From Candidatus Bathyarchaeota archaeon (GTDB lineage Archaea; Thermoproteota; Bathyarchaeia; Bathyarchaeales; Bathycorpusculaceae): a stretch of 64,000 bases of DNA. Positions within the stretch are counted from its first letter, which is position 1; every line of letters starts with the position of its first letter. Made by a program: the position numbers and the translations under genes. Location of the stretch: contig CAVZJV010000014.1 of the NCBI GenBank assembly GCA_963775685.1, forward strand, positions 1,824,001 to 1,888,000, in the 5' to 3' direction. The notes under the pieces are model-generated. The model had not been told where the DNA came from. It saw only the letters and a program-made list of their open reading frames with translations, and did not search any database. Shown here one piece after another: positions 9,574 to 19,042 of the stretch.

Positions 9574-11607
9574 ATGTCTAAGCTTGAAACTATTGATCCG
9601 CAGCAGCGTTTCCAAGAATTCTTCAAAAAAGAAAAGTATCGACAAAGAATCGCCCAGTTAGCCATCTCAGGAAAAGGCTCATTAATCATCGATTTTGAAG
9701 AACTCTATGGCTTCGACCAGGCACTTGCAGAGCATCTTCTATGTAAGCCTGAAGAGTACCTGCAACACGCTGGTAAAGGAGCATACGAACAGCTCAGAAT
9801 CGAAGATGCCGAATACGCAGAGAAAACCGAGAAAGTCATCGTCAGAATCGTAAAGCTTCTAGGAAAAGAAGTACTTAGAAAACTCGGCTCAAGACAGATG
9901 AGCAAGCTAATTATGGTGGAAGGCATCGTTGTCAGAGCCACACCAGTTCGCCCGATGGTCCAGATTGCAGCATTCAAATGCAAACGCTGCGGCACCATGA
10001 ACCAAGTAGAGCAAACGGGGCAGTTTTTGAAGGCCCCAGCGGTTTGCGTTGCTCCTGATTGTGGTAGAGATGGACCATTCGAGTTCAGTCAAGAAGATTC
10101 CACTTTTATAGATTCACAGGACCTGCGGTTGCAGGAAAAACCCGAAGACCTCCCTCCAGGACAGCTGCCACGAGTTTTAGCGGTGAAACTTGTCGGCGAC
10201 GAAATCGTGGACGTTGCAAGACCAGGAGACCATGTTTCCATAGTCGGCATTGTACGTGCATTTGCGCCTTCGTTGATGGGTATGGGGAAACTTCGAACCT
10301 TCATCCTGCAATTAGATGCGAACTCCATAGAGGTCCTTGGCAAAGAACCAGAGACTTCCCCGCCAACACCTGAAGAAGAAGCAAAAATTATCCAGCTATC
10401 CAAAGACCCTGCCGTTCACCGCAAAATAATGACCTCTATCGCACCCTCAATCTTCGGTCTTGAGCACATCAAAGAAGCTATTATGTACCTGCTGTTTGGC
10501 GGAGTTTCCAAGACTCTTCCAGACGTAAACGTGAGAGGCGAAATGAACGCGCTGCTCATCGGTGACCCAGGAACCGCAAAATCACAGTTGCTTCAGTATG
10601 TTGCAAGAATCGCGCCAAGAGGTCTATACACTTCAGGCAGAGGAACCACTGCCGCAGGTTTAACCGCAGCAGTCGTCCGAGAGAAAGGTGGAAGCATGAG
10701 CCTTGAAGCTGGTGCACTGGTTCTTGCCGACAAAGGCATCGCATGCATCGACGAAATGGACAAAATGCGTCCCGAAGACCGAGTGGCCATTCATGAAGCC
10801 ATGGAACAGCACACTGTGTCAGTAGCAAAAGGCGGAATAGTAGCGACATTAAACGCGAGAACAGCAGTTCTTGCAGCAGCAAATCCTTCATTAGGCAGGT
10901 ATGAACCAAACCGAACAGTAGCCGAAAACATTTCTCTGCCAGTAACCATCTTGTCACGTTTTGACTTAATCTTTGTCCTCCGAGACGTACCAAACAAGGA
11001 ATCTGACAGTAAAATGTCTAGGCATATACTTGAGATTCATAGAAGAGGAGTCAGCCCCGTTGAAGCACAGGTCGATGCGGAGCTTTTGCGGAAATACGTA
11101 AGTTTTGCCAAGAGCGTCCATCCGGAACTAAGCTTGGAAGCGTTAAACCGCCTAAGTGACTTCTACTTAGCTATGCGTTCCGCAAGCGAAACCGAAGGCT
11201 CACCTGTAGCTATTACTGCACGACAATTGGAGTCACTGGTTCGCGTCGCTGAGGCAAGAGCACGGGTTGCACTACGCAGCGAAGTCTCAGCAGAAGATGC
11301 GGAGGCTGCCATAGCGATTATGAAGCGATCGCTTGAGGAAGTTGGAATCGACATGTCAAGCTATAAAGTTGACATTGACTTAATTATGACTGGCAGACCC
11401 AAGAGCATCCGAGACAGACTACACGTAGTGTTGTCAACGCTTATGGACATGGAGAAGATAACAGGCATTGTAGAGAAAGACGCATTGGTTAATGAGTTGG
11501 AGACCCAGCACAAGATTCCGAGAGGCGAAGTTGAACGTATGATTGGGCAACTACTACGGGAAGGAACGATTTATGAGCCGCGCGAAGGATGCCTAAAGAA
11601 AACATAA
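9574..11607 (+). CDS. mcm: MCM replicative helicase (no intein)
   Basis: Zn finger CKRC..C..DC, GDPGTAKS, CIDEMDKM, SRFD, C-terminal wHTH. Confidence 0.97.
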   Translation: MSKLETIDPQQRFQEFFKKEKYRQRIAQLAISGKGSLIIDFEELYGFDQALAEHLLCKPEEYLQHAGKGAYEQLRIEDAEYAEKTEKVIVRIVKLLGKEVLRKLGSRQMSKLIMVEGIVVRATPVRPMVQIAAFKCKRCGTMNQVEQTGQFLKAPAVCVAPDCGRDGPFEFSQEDSTFIDSQDLRLQEKPEDLPPGQLPRVLAVKLVGDEIVDVARPGDHVSIVGIVRAFAPSLMGMGKLRTFILQLDANSIEVLGKEPETSPPTPEEEAKIIQLSKDPAVHRKIMTSIAPSIFGLEHIKEAIMYLLFGGVSKTLPDVNVRGEMNALLIGDPGTAKSQLLQYVARIAPRGLYTSGRGTTAAGLTAAVVREKGGSMSLEAGALVLADKGIACIDEMDKMRPEDRVAIHEAMEQHTVSVAKGGIVATLNARTAVLAAANPSLGRYEPNRTVAENISLPVTILSRFDLIFVLRDVPNKESDSKMSRHILEIHRRGVSPVEAQVDAELLRKYVSFAKSVHPELSLEALNRLSDFYLAMRSASETEGSPVAITARQLESLVRVAEARARVALRSEVSAEDAEAAIAIMKRSLEEVGIDMSSYKVDIDLIMTGRPKSIRDRLHVVLSTLMDMEKITGIVEKDALVNELETQHKIPRGEVERMIGQLLREGTIYEPREGCLKKT

Positions 11608-11620
11608 GGGAGGATGAGAC

Positions 11621-12709
11621 TTGAAGCCGGTCGTTGTGGTCGCAGGAACTAGACCTGAAATAATCAAGATGGCTCCGATAATTCGAGCACTAAACAAAGC
11701 CAAACTACCAAACATCTTTGTCCTTTGCGGTCAACACTACGATTACAACATGTCTCAACAATTTATCGAAAACCTCGAGCTGGAAATGCCTGACTACGCG
11801 TTGAAAATTGAGGCTTCTTCACCCGGGGCGCAGACTGCTGAGATAATGATGAAGATTGACAAGGTACTTGAGAAATATGAGCCATCCACAGTTTTGGTTG
11901 AAGGCGACACAAACACTGTTCTAGCAGGGGCACTTGCTGCAAATAAACGAACTATCCCTATAGGTCATGTGGAAGCCGGGCTCAGGAGCTTTGACCTTCG
12001 GATGTCCGAAGAACACAACCGCCGCTTAACTGACCACATCTCAGATTACTTATTTGCCCCCACAGAACGCGCAAAAGCCAACCTTCTGAAAGAGAACGTT
12101 TGGGGCAAAATTTACGTCACTGGAAACACAGTCATAGACGCAGTAATCCAGCACTTACCCATCGCTGAAAAGAAATCTACAGTAATGGAACAAATTCCTT
12201 TCGAAGAATTTGTTTTGGCAACGGCGCATCGAGCTGAAAATGTTGATGACTTGGCGTTTCTTCAGTCATTTGTGGAGGTTTTCTCGAATTCGCCCCTTCC
12301 CATTGTTTACCCTATGCATCCCCGAACAAGAAAACGTCTACAAGAAAACAATATGCTTTCACAAATAGAAAAAATGAATAGCGTGTTGATTTTGCCTCCG
12401 TTGGGTTACTTGGATTTCTTGATTTTGATGAAGAACTGCCGCTTAATAATCACTGATTCCGGCGGCATACAGGAGGAAGCAACTGCGCCCGGCATCGGAA
12501 AGAGGGTGTTGGTGATTCGGTTGTCTACAGAAAGGCAAGAAGCAGTTGAAGCGGGTTTTGCCAGGTTGGTTGGAACCGACAAAAACAAAATTTTACAGGC
12601 ATTAAACCAAGCAGTTGAAGCAAAAGAGAATTTGCCTTCAGTTTCACCTTTCGGAGATGGCACAGCAGCCATAAAAACTGTGGATATAATAAAGCAAGAT
12701 TTTGTTTAA
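11621..12709 (+). CDS. wecB: UDP-N-acetylglucosamine 2-epimerase (non-hydrolysing)
   Basis: GTRPEIIKMAP, GQHYD, HVEAGLRS, TDSGGIQEE. Confidence 0.93.
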   Translation: MKPVVVVAGTRPEIIKMAPIIRALNKAKLPNIFVLCGQHYDYNMSQQFIENLELEMPDYALKIEASSPGAQTAEIMMKIDKVLEKYEPSTVLVEGDTNTVLAGALAANKRTIPIGHVEAGLRSFDLRMSEEHNRRLTDHISDYLFAPTERAKANLLKENVWGKIYVTGNTVIDAVIQHLPIAEKKSTVMEQIPFEEFVLATAHRAENVDDLAFLQSFVEVFSNSPLPIVYPMHPRTRKRLQENNMLSQIEKMNSVLILPPLGYLDFLILMKNCRLIITDSGGIQEEATAPGIGKRVLVIRLSTERQEAVEAGFARLVGTDKNKILQALNQAVEAKENLPSVSPFGDGTAAIKTVDIIKQDFV

Positions 12710-13476
12710 GAGATGTAGGTTGTTTTCTTGTCGTCTTGTTTTCTGGTTTCTTCGGCTTGCACAGCACGTTTTTCTTCTATTTGTTGCAGGCGCGTAACCA
12801 TTGTTTCGGCTTTAGCAATTTCTTCGTTTAATCCCGCTAGGTCCAATTCAAAGTTAAACGTTGACTTTAACACTTCCAAAACACTTTTAGCTGCCAGTGG
12901 ATCAGGCAAATAACCACGTGTTTCACCCAGCAAACATAGAGCGTCAATTTTTTTGAATTTCGCCAACCCAAGGATTAATCCTGCAGTACCAACAATTGGG
13001 CTTCCTGAAGCGCTTAATGTTGCTCCGGCTTGGATTGCCGCGTTTAGGACAGCTTGGCTGGTTGCAGCTATGTAAACTTTGGGTTTTTCTGTGGATTCCA
13101 TGCGGTAACCTCCGATGGTTGCGATAGTCTTAACGCCATATTTTTCGCTAAAGTCCAGCATTCTGTCAGCGATCTCGTATTGTCCTTCTATGGTTTGGCT
13201 TTGGCTATCACCAGTGAAGAGGATGATGTCGTTTCCTTTTGGGTTTTGGTAATAGTAGAATGCCCCGCGGAGCAAGCGCACATTACCTTTTTTGTTAACT
13301 AAAACAAAGTAGGGGAAGTGCGGTGAGTAGAGATAGGCGATTTTTTTGGCTTTTAGCTGTTTGATTAGATATCGCAAAGCAATTTTGCCAACCAAGCCTA
13401 AACCTGGAAGACCTTCAATGAGGATGGGACTGTTAGGGTGGATTTCGGCGAATTCTTTGATGTATGTTTCTTTCAT
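12706..13476 (-). CDS. Proteasome assembly chaperone PAC2 family protein
   Basis: LIEGLPGLGLVGK, CLLGETRGYLPDP; conserved position after nop10. Confidence 0.88.
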   Translation of the reverse strand: MKETYIKEFAEIHPNSPILIEGLPGLGLVGKIALRYLIKQLKAKKIAYLYSPHFPYFVLVNKKGNVRLLRGAFYYYQNPKGNDIILFTGDSQSQTIEGQYEIADRMLDFSEKYGVKTIATIGGYRMESTEKPKVYIAATSQAVLNAAIQAGATLSASGSPIVGTAGLILGLAKFKKIDALCLLGETRGYLPDPLAAKSVLEVLKSTFNFELDLAGLNEEIAKAETMVTRLQQIEEKRAVQAEETRKQDDKKTTYIS

Positions 13477-13643
13477 TCTGTTTGAGCGCTCCTTTTCATA
13501 GCCATTCGGTACTTCAGGTATTTATCGTCTGGGGAGAATTTAGGCGGATGAGGAATTCTCACTGCACCACCACAGTAGGGACAACTAGTTTTGTTCAATG
13601 TATATTTTTCGCAGTTTACGCATTTGCGCAATTGCCAAACCAA
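13473..13643 (-). CDS. nop10: H/ACA RNP protein Nop10
   Basis: Below ORF-track cutoff. TTG start, MVWQLRKCVNCEKYTLNKTSCPYCGGAVRIPHPPKFSPDDKYLKYR; TGA overlaps the PAC2 ATG. Confidence 0.92.
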   Translation of the reverse strand: MVWQLRKCVNCEKYTLNKTSCPYCGGAVRIPHPPKFSPDDKYLKYRMAMKRSAQTE

Positions 13644-13698
13644 TCATTTATCCCTTCTAAAACTGCCAAGTCGCCGCTTCCAGCTTGCGCTTAGTCAT
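13644..13698 (-). pseudogene. Deletion scar of translation initiation factor aIF2-alpha (fused N- and C-terminal stubs)
   Basis: Sits in the aIF2-alpha slot between rps27e and nop10. Reads ATG-TKRKLE, then GDL, then GSFRRDK-TGA in shifted frames. Confidence 0.6.
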
Positions 13699-13713
13699 AT
13701 GGGAAGTCATCTT

Positions 13714-13911
13714 TTACTCTAGAACTGCTTGGACGTCACCATTGATTCTTGCTCTTCCACCAGAGGGTTCAGCTAAGGTTTCTCCGCATACATTGCAGAC
13801 TATCTTGTTAACTGCGTTGCTGAAGATAAGTTGTTCATTGCCACACTTTAGGCATTTAACCCTGAGGAAGACACTTTTGGGCTTTGGAATAAGTTTGTTC
13901 CAATTAGACAT
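13714..13911 (-). CDS. rps27e: 30S ribosomal protein S27e
   Basis: PKSVFLRVKCLKCGNEQLIFS..CNVCGETLAEPSGG. Confidence 0.95.
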   Translation of the reverse strand: MSNWNKLIPKPKSVFLRVKCLKCGNEQLIFSNAVNKIVCNVCGETLAEPSGGRARINGDVQAVLE

Positions 13912-13930
13912 ATTTTTCTTCTCCTTAATG

Positions 13931-14206
13931 TTATATTATGGCTAGTTTTCTAAGGCGGATACCATCTTTGTGACGCATGTAATTACAAACTCTACATTTT
14001 AAGCGCAAAGTTTGTTTTTTGGTTGTTTTGGCGAATTCGTGTTGCAATGGATATTTTTGTCCGCCATACCCCTCTTTTTCACGTTCATGGTGTCTTTCGC
14101 CTCTGGCAAGTGCTCGCCGTTTACCTGCCTTGTAGAGGGTTACACTGTGAATCTGATGAACTTTACATTTTGGACAGTAAGTCTTTACTTCTTTGGGAAC
14201 GTTCAC
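13931..14206 (-). CDS. rpl44e: 50S ribosomal protein L44e (eL42)
   Basis: TYCPKCKVH, GYGGQ, KTTKK..LKCRVC. Confidence 0.95.
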   Translation of the reverse strand: MNVPKEVKTYCPKCKVHQIHSVTLYKAGKRRALARGERHHEREKEGYGGQKYPLQHEFAKTTKKQTLRLKCRVCNYMRHKDGIRLRKLAII

Positions 14207-14624
14207 GGTTTCAACCAGCTTTGCATAAAAGAAACATACACATTCTTATACTTTATGACTTTTAAAGCAAAAACCCCTAGCTTTCAATGAAAGGCTTTGT
14301 TTTTTCTTTAATATTAGCAGTGGCAGAAATCTTCCTAACAACAACAACCAACAGCTCGTTCCACAAATTGCTTTCCGTAAACTATCCTTAAATGGGTTGT
14401 AGGCTGGCTGAGCCAAGCTGCTAAAGCTGCAAGAAAAGTACAGGCTGTAAGCTCAAGTTTCATTTCAGGGGGCATAAGCATATTTTTATTGTCCAGAATC
14501 GTTATCGTATGGCTCTGCAGGGTGACGATAGCCTATTGTTAGGTCCTTTGGGTTTCGGTAACTAAATTTATTAACTCAAAGTGCAATGTTTAGCTATACA
14601 ACTCAATGCATGAGGAAGAGGTAT

Positions 14625-15380
14625 ATGTTCAAGCTTAAAGTGTCTGACGCTAAACTCTTAAGAGATATGGCAACTGCCATCTCAATTCTAGTTGACGAGG
14701 CAACCTTCAAAATTGACGCTGAAGGCTTAAAACTCCGTGCCATGGACCCGTCACGTGTTGCCATGATTGATTTTGAATGGCCAAAATCTATATTCCAAGA
14801 ATTCGTGTGCGCTGAGCCAACGAAAATCTGCCTGAATATAAGCGAGTTGCTAAAACTCCTGAAGCGAGCAGGAAAAGAGGAAGCAGTCGAACTCTCCCTT
14901 GATGATAAAACAGGCAAATTACTAGTCGCAATAACTGGAAAATATAGCAGAAACTTTACTATGCCAACGCTTGAAGCCTCTGAAGAAGAAGTCCCAACAC
15001 CAAAAATCACATTCAACGTCAAAGCCAAAACCACAACTCAGGGTTTAAGCCAAGCAATCGAAGACGCCCAACTCGTAAGTGATCACGTAAAAATAGAGGC
15101 TGAACCAGAAAAAATGACGTTGAGCGCTTCAGGTGACTTGATGGGCGCAACCATCATACTCCAAAAAGGCAATGACGCCTTACTCGACTTAGAAGTTAAA
15201 GAGAACGCTAAAGCAACCTTTAGCCTAAGCTACCTATCAGAAATCATAAAAGCAGCTTCAGCAACTTCAGACATCGCAACCCTTGAATTCTCATCCGACA
15301 TGCCCGTTAGAATAGACTTCCAGCAGACAAAAGAGGGAAAGTTAACCTTCTTCTTGGCGCCAAGAATCGAAACAGAATAA
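14625..15380 (+). CDS. pcn: DNA sliding clamp PCNA
   Basis: LRAMDPSRVAMIDF, FSLSYL, LTFFLAPR; ATG 14625 preferred. Confidence 0.95.
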   Translation: MFKLKVSDAKLLRDMATAISILVDEATFKIDAEGLKLRAMDPSRVAMIDFEWPKSIFQEFVCAEPTKICLNISELLKLLKRAGKEEAVELSLDDKTGKLLVAITGKYSRNFTMPTLEASEEEVPTPKITFNVKAKTTTQGLSQAIEDAQLVSDHVKIEAEPEKMTLSASGDLMGATIILQKGNDALLDLEVKENAKATFSLSYLSEIIKAASATSDIATLEFSSDMPVRIDFQQTKEGKLTFFLAPRIETE

Positions 15381-15393
15381 TGAGACGTACACC

Positions 15394-16419
15394 TTGCAGA
15401 TGGAATCGGCACTATCTTCTGAGGATTTTGCCAAATACCCATTTCTAAAGCAAGCATCGAAACAGATAGAAGAACTGCAGTTTACAATAGGGACCTTATC
15501 TTCAGAAAAACCAGTTTTTGATCGCGCCCAAAACCGAATAGAAAAGGCAATCTTGGAAGTTAACACTGGAGAGGCAGTAAGGGACGGAAGGACAGAAATT
15601 TCTTCTTTTGCAGCCGCAATTATTCTGGTTATTGCAACAAAAAATTCGTGGATAAAAAAAAGGTACGCATTGTCTGTGGCAAAAACAGCGCACGCAAAGT
15701 TCCTTTGTGAGAGCAAAGCAAAAATCATGGCTATCGCCCAAGACTTTGATTGGGATATTGGCCAAGGTATCGTGGGCAAAGATTTTCGTGTAGGCTATAA
15801 TATCTACTTGAAAAATGCAGCTCATATGCATGGTTCTGAGTGGAAGCTTATTAACCAAATTATGGATAAGGGCATGGTTTATCTGAACAAAGACAAAGCA
15901 GTTCGACTGCTTCAGGAAGAAGTAAAGAACCGCGTGGAAAAAAGGCTCAATGTTCCAGAACTCAAAAACCTGCCCCAAGAGATAACTTGTAAAGCTGAAG
16001 GTTTAGCGAAATTGGCGCAGGAAATTATGGGACAAGAAATCGAGGAACTCCCTAAAGTTGTTGTCAAAGCAGCTTTTCCCCCATGTATAAACGCCCTCTA
16101 CGCGGATGCAGCCCAAGCCCATCATCTTTCACATATCGGACGTTTCACCCTAACATCTTTTCTAGTAAACATTGGGATAACTCCTGAGGGACTTAATGAG
16201 ATGTTTAAAACTTTCTCAGACTACAACGAACGCTTAACCCGTTACCAAATCGAGCACATTGCTGGAGAACGCGGGTCGGGAACAAAATACACTTGCCCTC
16301 AATGCTCAGTGCTCCAAACGCATGGTGTATGCAAGAACCGCGATAATTTGTGCCATTGGATTTATCACCCGCTACAGTACTATAAAAGAAAGCAAAAGAC
16401 GATGACAAAGGCGAAATGA
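15394..16419 (+). CDS. priL: DNA primase large subunit
   Basis: AKYPFL, FPPCI, HIGRF, TRYQIEHIAG, YTCPQC..C..C Fe-S domain. Confidence 0.92.
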   Translation: MQMESALSSEDFAKYPFLKQASKQIEELQFTIGTLSSEKPVFDRAQNRIEKAILEVNTGEAVRDGRTEISSFAAAIILVIATKNSWIKKRYALSVAKTAHAKFLCESKAKIMAIAQDFDWDIGQGIVGKDFRVGYNIYLKNAAHMHGSEWKLINQIMDKGMVYLNKDKAVRLLQEEVKNRVEKRLNVPELKNLPQEITCKAEGLAKLAQEIMGQEIEELPKVVVKAAFPPCINALYADAAQAHHLSHIGRFTLTSFLVNIGITPEGLNEMFKTFSDYNERLTRYQIEHIAGERGSGTKYTCPQCSVLQTHGVCKNRDNLCHWIYHPLQYYKRKQKTMTKAK

Positions 16420-16499
16420 TTTGTTAACATTTATTAGTTCACTAAACTCTTGTAAGGATGGCAAAATTTTTTATGGCAAATCAGTCAATTGGTAACTCC

Positions 16500-17216
16500 A
16501 TGACAGACTCTGAGGTTGGCGTGATTCTCCCTACTTATGGAGAAGCCGAAAACATCGCAAAACTAATAGACGACATCGAAGACTTGAAGATAGATGCATC
16601 GATTTTGGTCATCGATGATTCAAGCCCAGACGGAACCGCCGAAATCGTAAAGCAAAAACAGAGCCAATACCCAAACATCGTGCTTTATGTAAGACCAAAA
16701 AAAACGGGTTTGGGCACAGCTATAACTGACGGCTTCAAAATATTCTTAACAGCTGAAAAACCGCCAAAATACGTCTTCACAATGGATGCTGATTACTCCC
16801 ATAACCCAAAAGACATCCCCCAACTTTTATCAACTATGATTGATTGTAATTGCGGAATAGTAATCGGTAGCAGATACGTTAGGGGAGGCAAAATAGCAGG
16901 GTGGCCCTTTACTCGAAAAGTAATCAGCAAAACAGCCAACCTAATTGCTAGGGCATCGCTTGGCTTAAAACTGAAGGATTGCACAAGCGGATATCGCTGT
17001 TATTCAACAAAATTCCTCAAAGAAACCATTGGGAACCTACATAGCCATACATATGAAATTCAGATTGAAACTGTCAGACAAGCATCCCTGAGAAATTTCA
17101 ACGTTAAAGAAACACCCATCCTTTTTGTTAACAGAAAACGTGGGAAATCCAAGTTATCATGGACTGAAATCAAAAGCTACTTATCTTATACTATGAAGGC
17201 CGTTTGGCGTTCATAG
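16500..17216 (+). CDS. Polyprenol-phosphate mannose synthase-like GT2 glycosyltransferase
   Basis: ILPTYGEAEN, IDDSSPDGT, MDADYSH, GSRY, DCTSGYR. Confidence 0.88.
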   Translation: MTDSEVGVILPTYGEAENIAKLIDDIEDLKIDASILVIDDSSPDGTAEIVKQKQSQYPNIVLYVRPKKTGLGTAITDGFKIFLTAEKPPKYVFTMDADYSHNPKDIPQLLSTMIDCNCGIVIGSRYVRGGKIAGWPFTRKVISKTANLIARASLGLKLKDCTSGYRCYSTKFLKETIGNLHSHTYEIQIETVRQASLRNFNVKETPILFVNRKRGKSKLSWTEIKSYLSYTMKAVWRS

Positions 17217-17286
17217 CCACTTATGTCATTAACGCTTCTTTGTTTGGGCAGAATTAAATACGGGTCGAGTCTATTTTCACTTATAT

Positions 17287-18966
17287 ATGAACAGGTTAAT
17301 GAAGAGGCTTGGATGGGCTAAAAGTCTTCTCTTAGTAGCTATTGTGTTCCTAGTGCTAAGCATAGTTCTATCGACTATAAGTTTGTACCCAGCGACTACA
17401 GATATCAATAAAAAAAGTACGCTCATCGACGATTCCTTTAGGCTAAGTCAAAAAGAAGTTTATAGGCAGGGCTTAGGCGCTTTCCGCGGCGGAGAAAAAA
17501 TCTCAGTCATCGTTGTTTGCCCAACTACTTTTGTGAAAAATTTTTCCATTGTAACCTCCAACACTACAATTTATTCCAACCCCACAAACCAAAACATCAC
17601 CTACTCGTTTACTGCAGGCAAGAACTATTATGAAGTACTCTTCTATTCGAACTCGCCAAATGCAAACTGGATCTATTTTCAAGCAACAGTTGAGAAACCA
17701 CAAGTTATCTATCCATTCTCTGAACTTAACACTTCAGCAAAAATCATTTTCCTAATAAGCGCAGGGTCAGCACTTTTTCTGATTTTCAAATTGGCATTGC
17801 CCAGAATCACAGAAAAAATAGAGTTATCCCCTTACCCACAAAATATCAACAAAAAATTCCGCGATCGCCTGATAGCTCTTCTCTTGTTATCACTTGTTAT
17901 ATGGATGGTCACTATAGCAATAAATTCTAATCCGCTTGCAACATTCAATAACTGGTACACCGACCATGTCAGAGACAATTACGTTTCAAGCCTATTTCTT
18001 AAAGATGGCTTATCGGTGTTTAACCAGCCTTTAGGAACACTTGCAAGCCAAGACAATTCATATTATATGTTTGTAACTTGGCCTGAAATGCCGCATCTTT
18101 ATCCGCTTGGTAGCATTTTGGTGTTTTTGCCCTTTGGCGCCCTTTTGCAGAGCGGTTTTGACCCAGTTCTAATTTACAAGATAGAAATTACCCTCTTCCT
18201 TGCTGTCGCCCATATTTGCCTTTATTTTTTCCTCAAGGTTTTTTTGAAAAAAAAATCACGTTTACTTTGGAAAATAGCTGGATTCTACATCATTTATGTG
18301 TCGCTGGTGCTTTATGCTGCCGGGGGCATGTTTGATTCAATTGCATTTGTCTTTGCCTTGATGGCGGTGATGATGTTTTTGAGTGAACGTTATGACTACT
18401 TTTTTTTGCTTATTGGAGGCTCTGTTTTTTTCAAGTATCAAGCAGCCCTTTTCCTGTTGCCCCTCATCATCGTTGGTTTACTGAAAGTTATAGAAAAAAA
18501 GAACCTCGGAAGTTTTGTTAGAAAAAAAGAAGTTATTTTTGGTGTTTTGTTGCTGGGGATTAGTGGTTTCACAGCTTATTTGAGTGCGCCTTTTCTGATG
18601 CAAACTAGGCCTGAGTTGGTTATGAACGCGATCAACGCTTTTGCGCCCCACTCTCAAATTAACTGGAATTATCAAACCGCAGGTGTTGTGTTAACGCTCT
18701 CAGTCACATTGGTTTATGCAGCGTATATGCTTAACAAAAATAGTTTCCTTTCGTTGTCAGCAATTTTTTTGCTTCTCCCCAGTTTTATGCTGCCATACTT
18801 TCAATACTGGTATGTACCTTATATTTTTGTGTATGCGTTGATTCCTCAAAACAGAAAAGAGGTAGAGATTACCATCCTCTGGTTGATCTTTATGATTGTG
18901 ATGCTTTGTTTTAGCGGTAATCCCCTGCAGATTTTTAGTGCCCTCGGAAATCTACTCAAAATTTAG
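17287..18966 (+). CDS. Polytopic membrane protein, probable GT-C fold (GT87-like) glycosyltransferase
   Basis: About 11-12 hydrophobic segments, luminal WYTDH and HLYPLG motifs, GMFD and FFKYQ; adjacent to the GT2 gene. Confidence 0.6.
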   Translation: MNRLMKRLGWAKSLLLVAIVFLVLSIVLSTISLYPATTDINKKSTLIDDSFRLSQKEVYRQGLGAFRGGEKISVIVVCPTTFVKNFSIVTSNTTIYSNPTNQNITYSFTAGKNYYEVLFYSNSPNANWIYFQATVEKPQVIYPFSELNTSAKIIFLISAGSALFLIFKLALPRITEKIELSPYPQNINKKFRDRLIALLLLSLVIWMVTIAINSNPLATFNNWYTDHVRDNYVSSLFLKDGLSVFNQPLGTLASQDNSYYMFVTWPEMPHLYPLGSILVFLPFGALLQSGFDPVLIYKIEITLFLAVAHICLYFFLKVFLKKKSRLLWKIAGFYIIYVSLVLYAAGGMFDSIAFVFALMAVMMFLSERYDYFFLLIGGSVFFKYQAALFLLPLIIVGLLKVIEKKNLGSFVRKKEVIFGVLLLGISGFTAYLSAPFLMQTRPELVMNAINAFAPHSQINWNYQTAGVVLTLSVTLVYAAYMLNKNSFLSLSAIFLLLPSFMLPYFQYWYVPYIFVYALIPQNRKEVEITILWLIFMIVMLCFSGNPLQIFSALGNLLKI

Positions 18967-19042
18967 CCTGATAACAAGTGGATTTTTATCGGTATAGGTT
19001 AAATTTAAGGTACTGGTATCTACTGTATCAAGAGGGTTGGGT

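Noticed and set aside
14336-14482. Short minus-strand ORF (MLMPPEMKLEL...) between rpl44e and pcn
   Set aside because: About 48 codons, no motif or supporting context.
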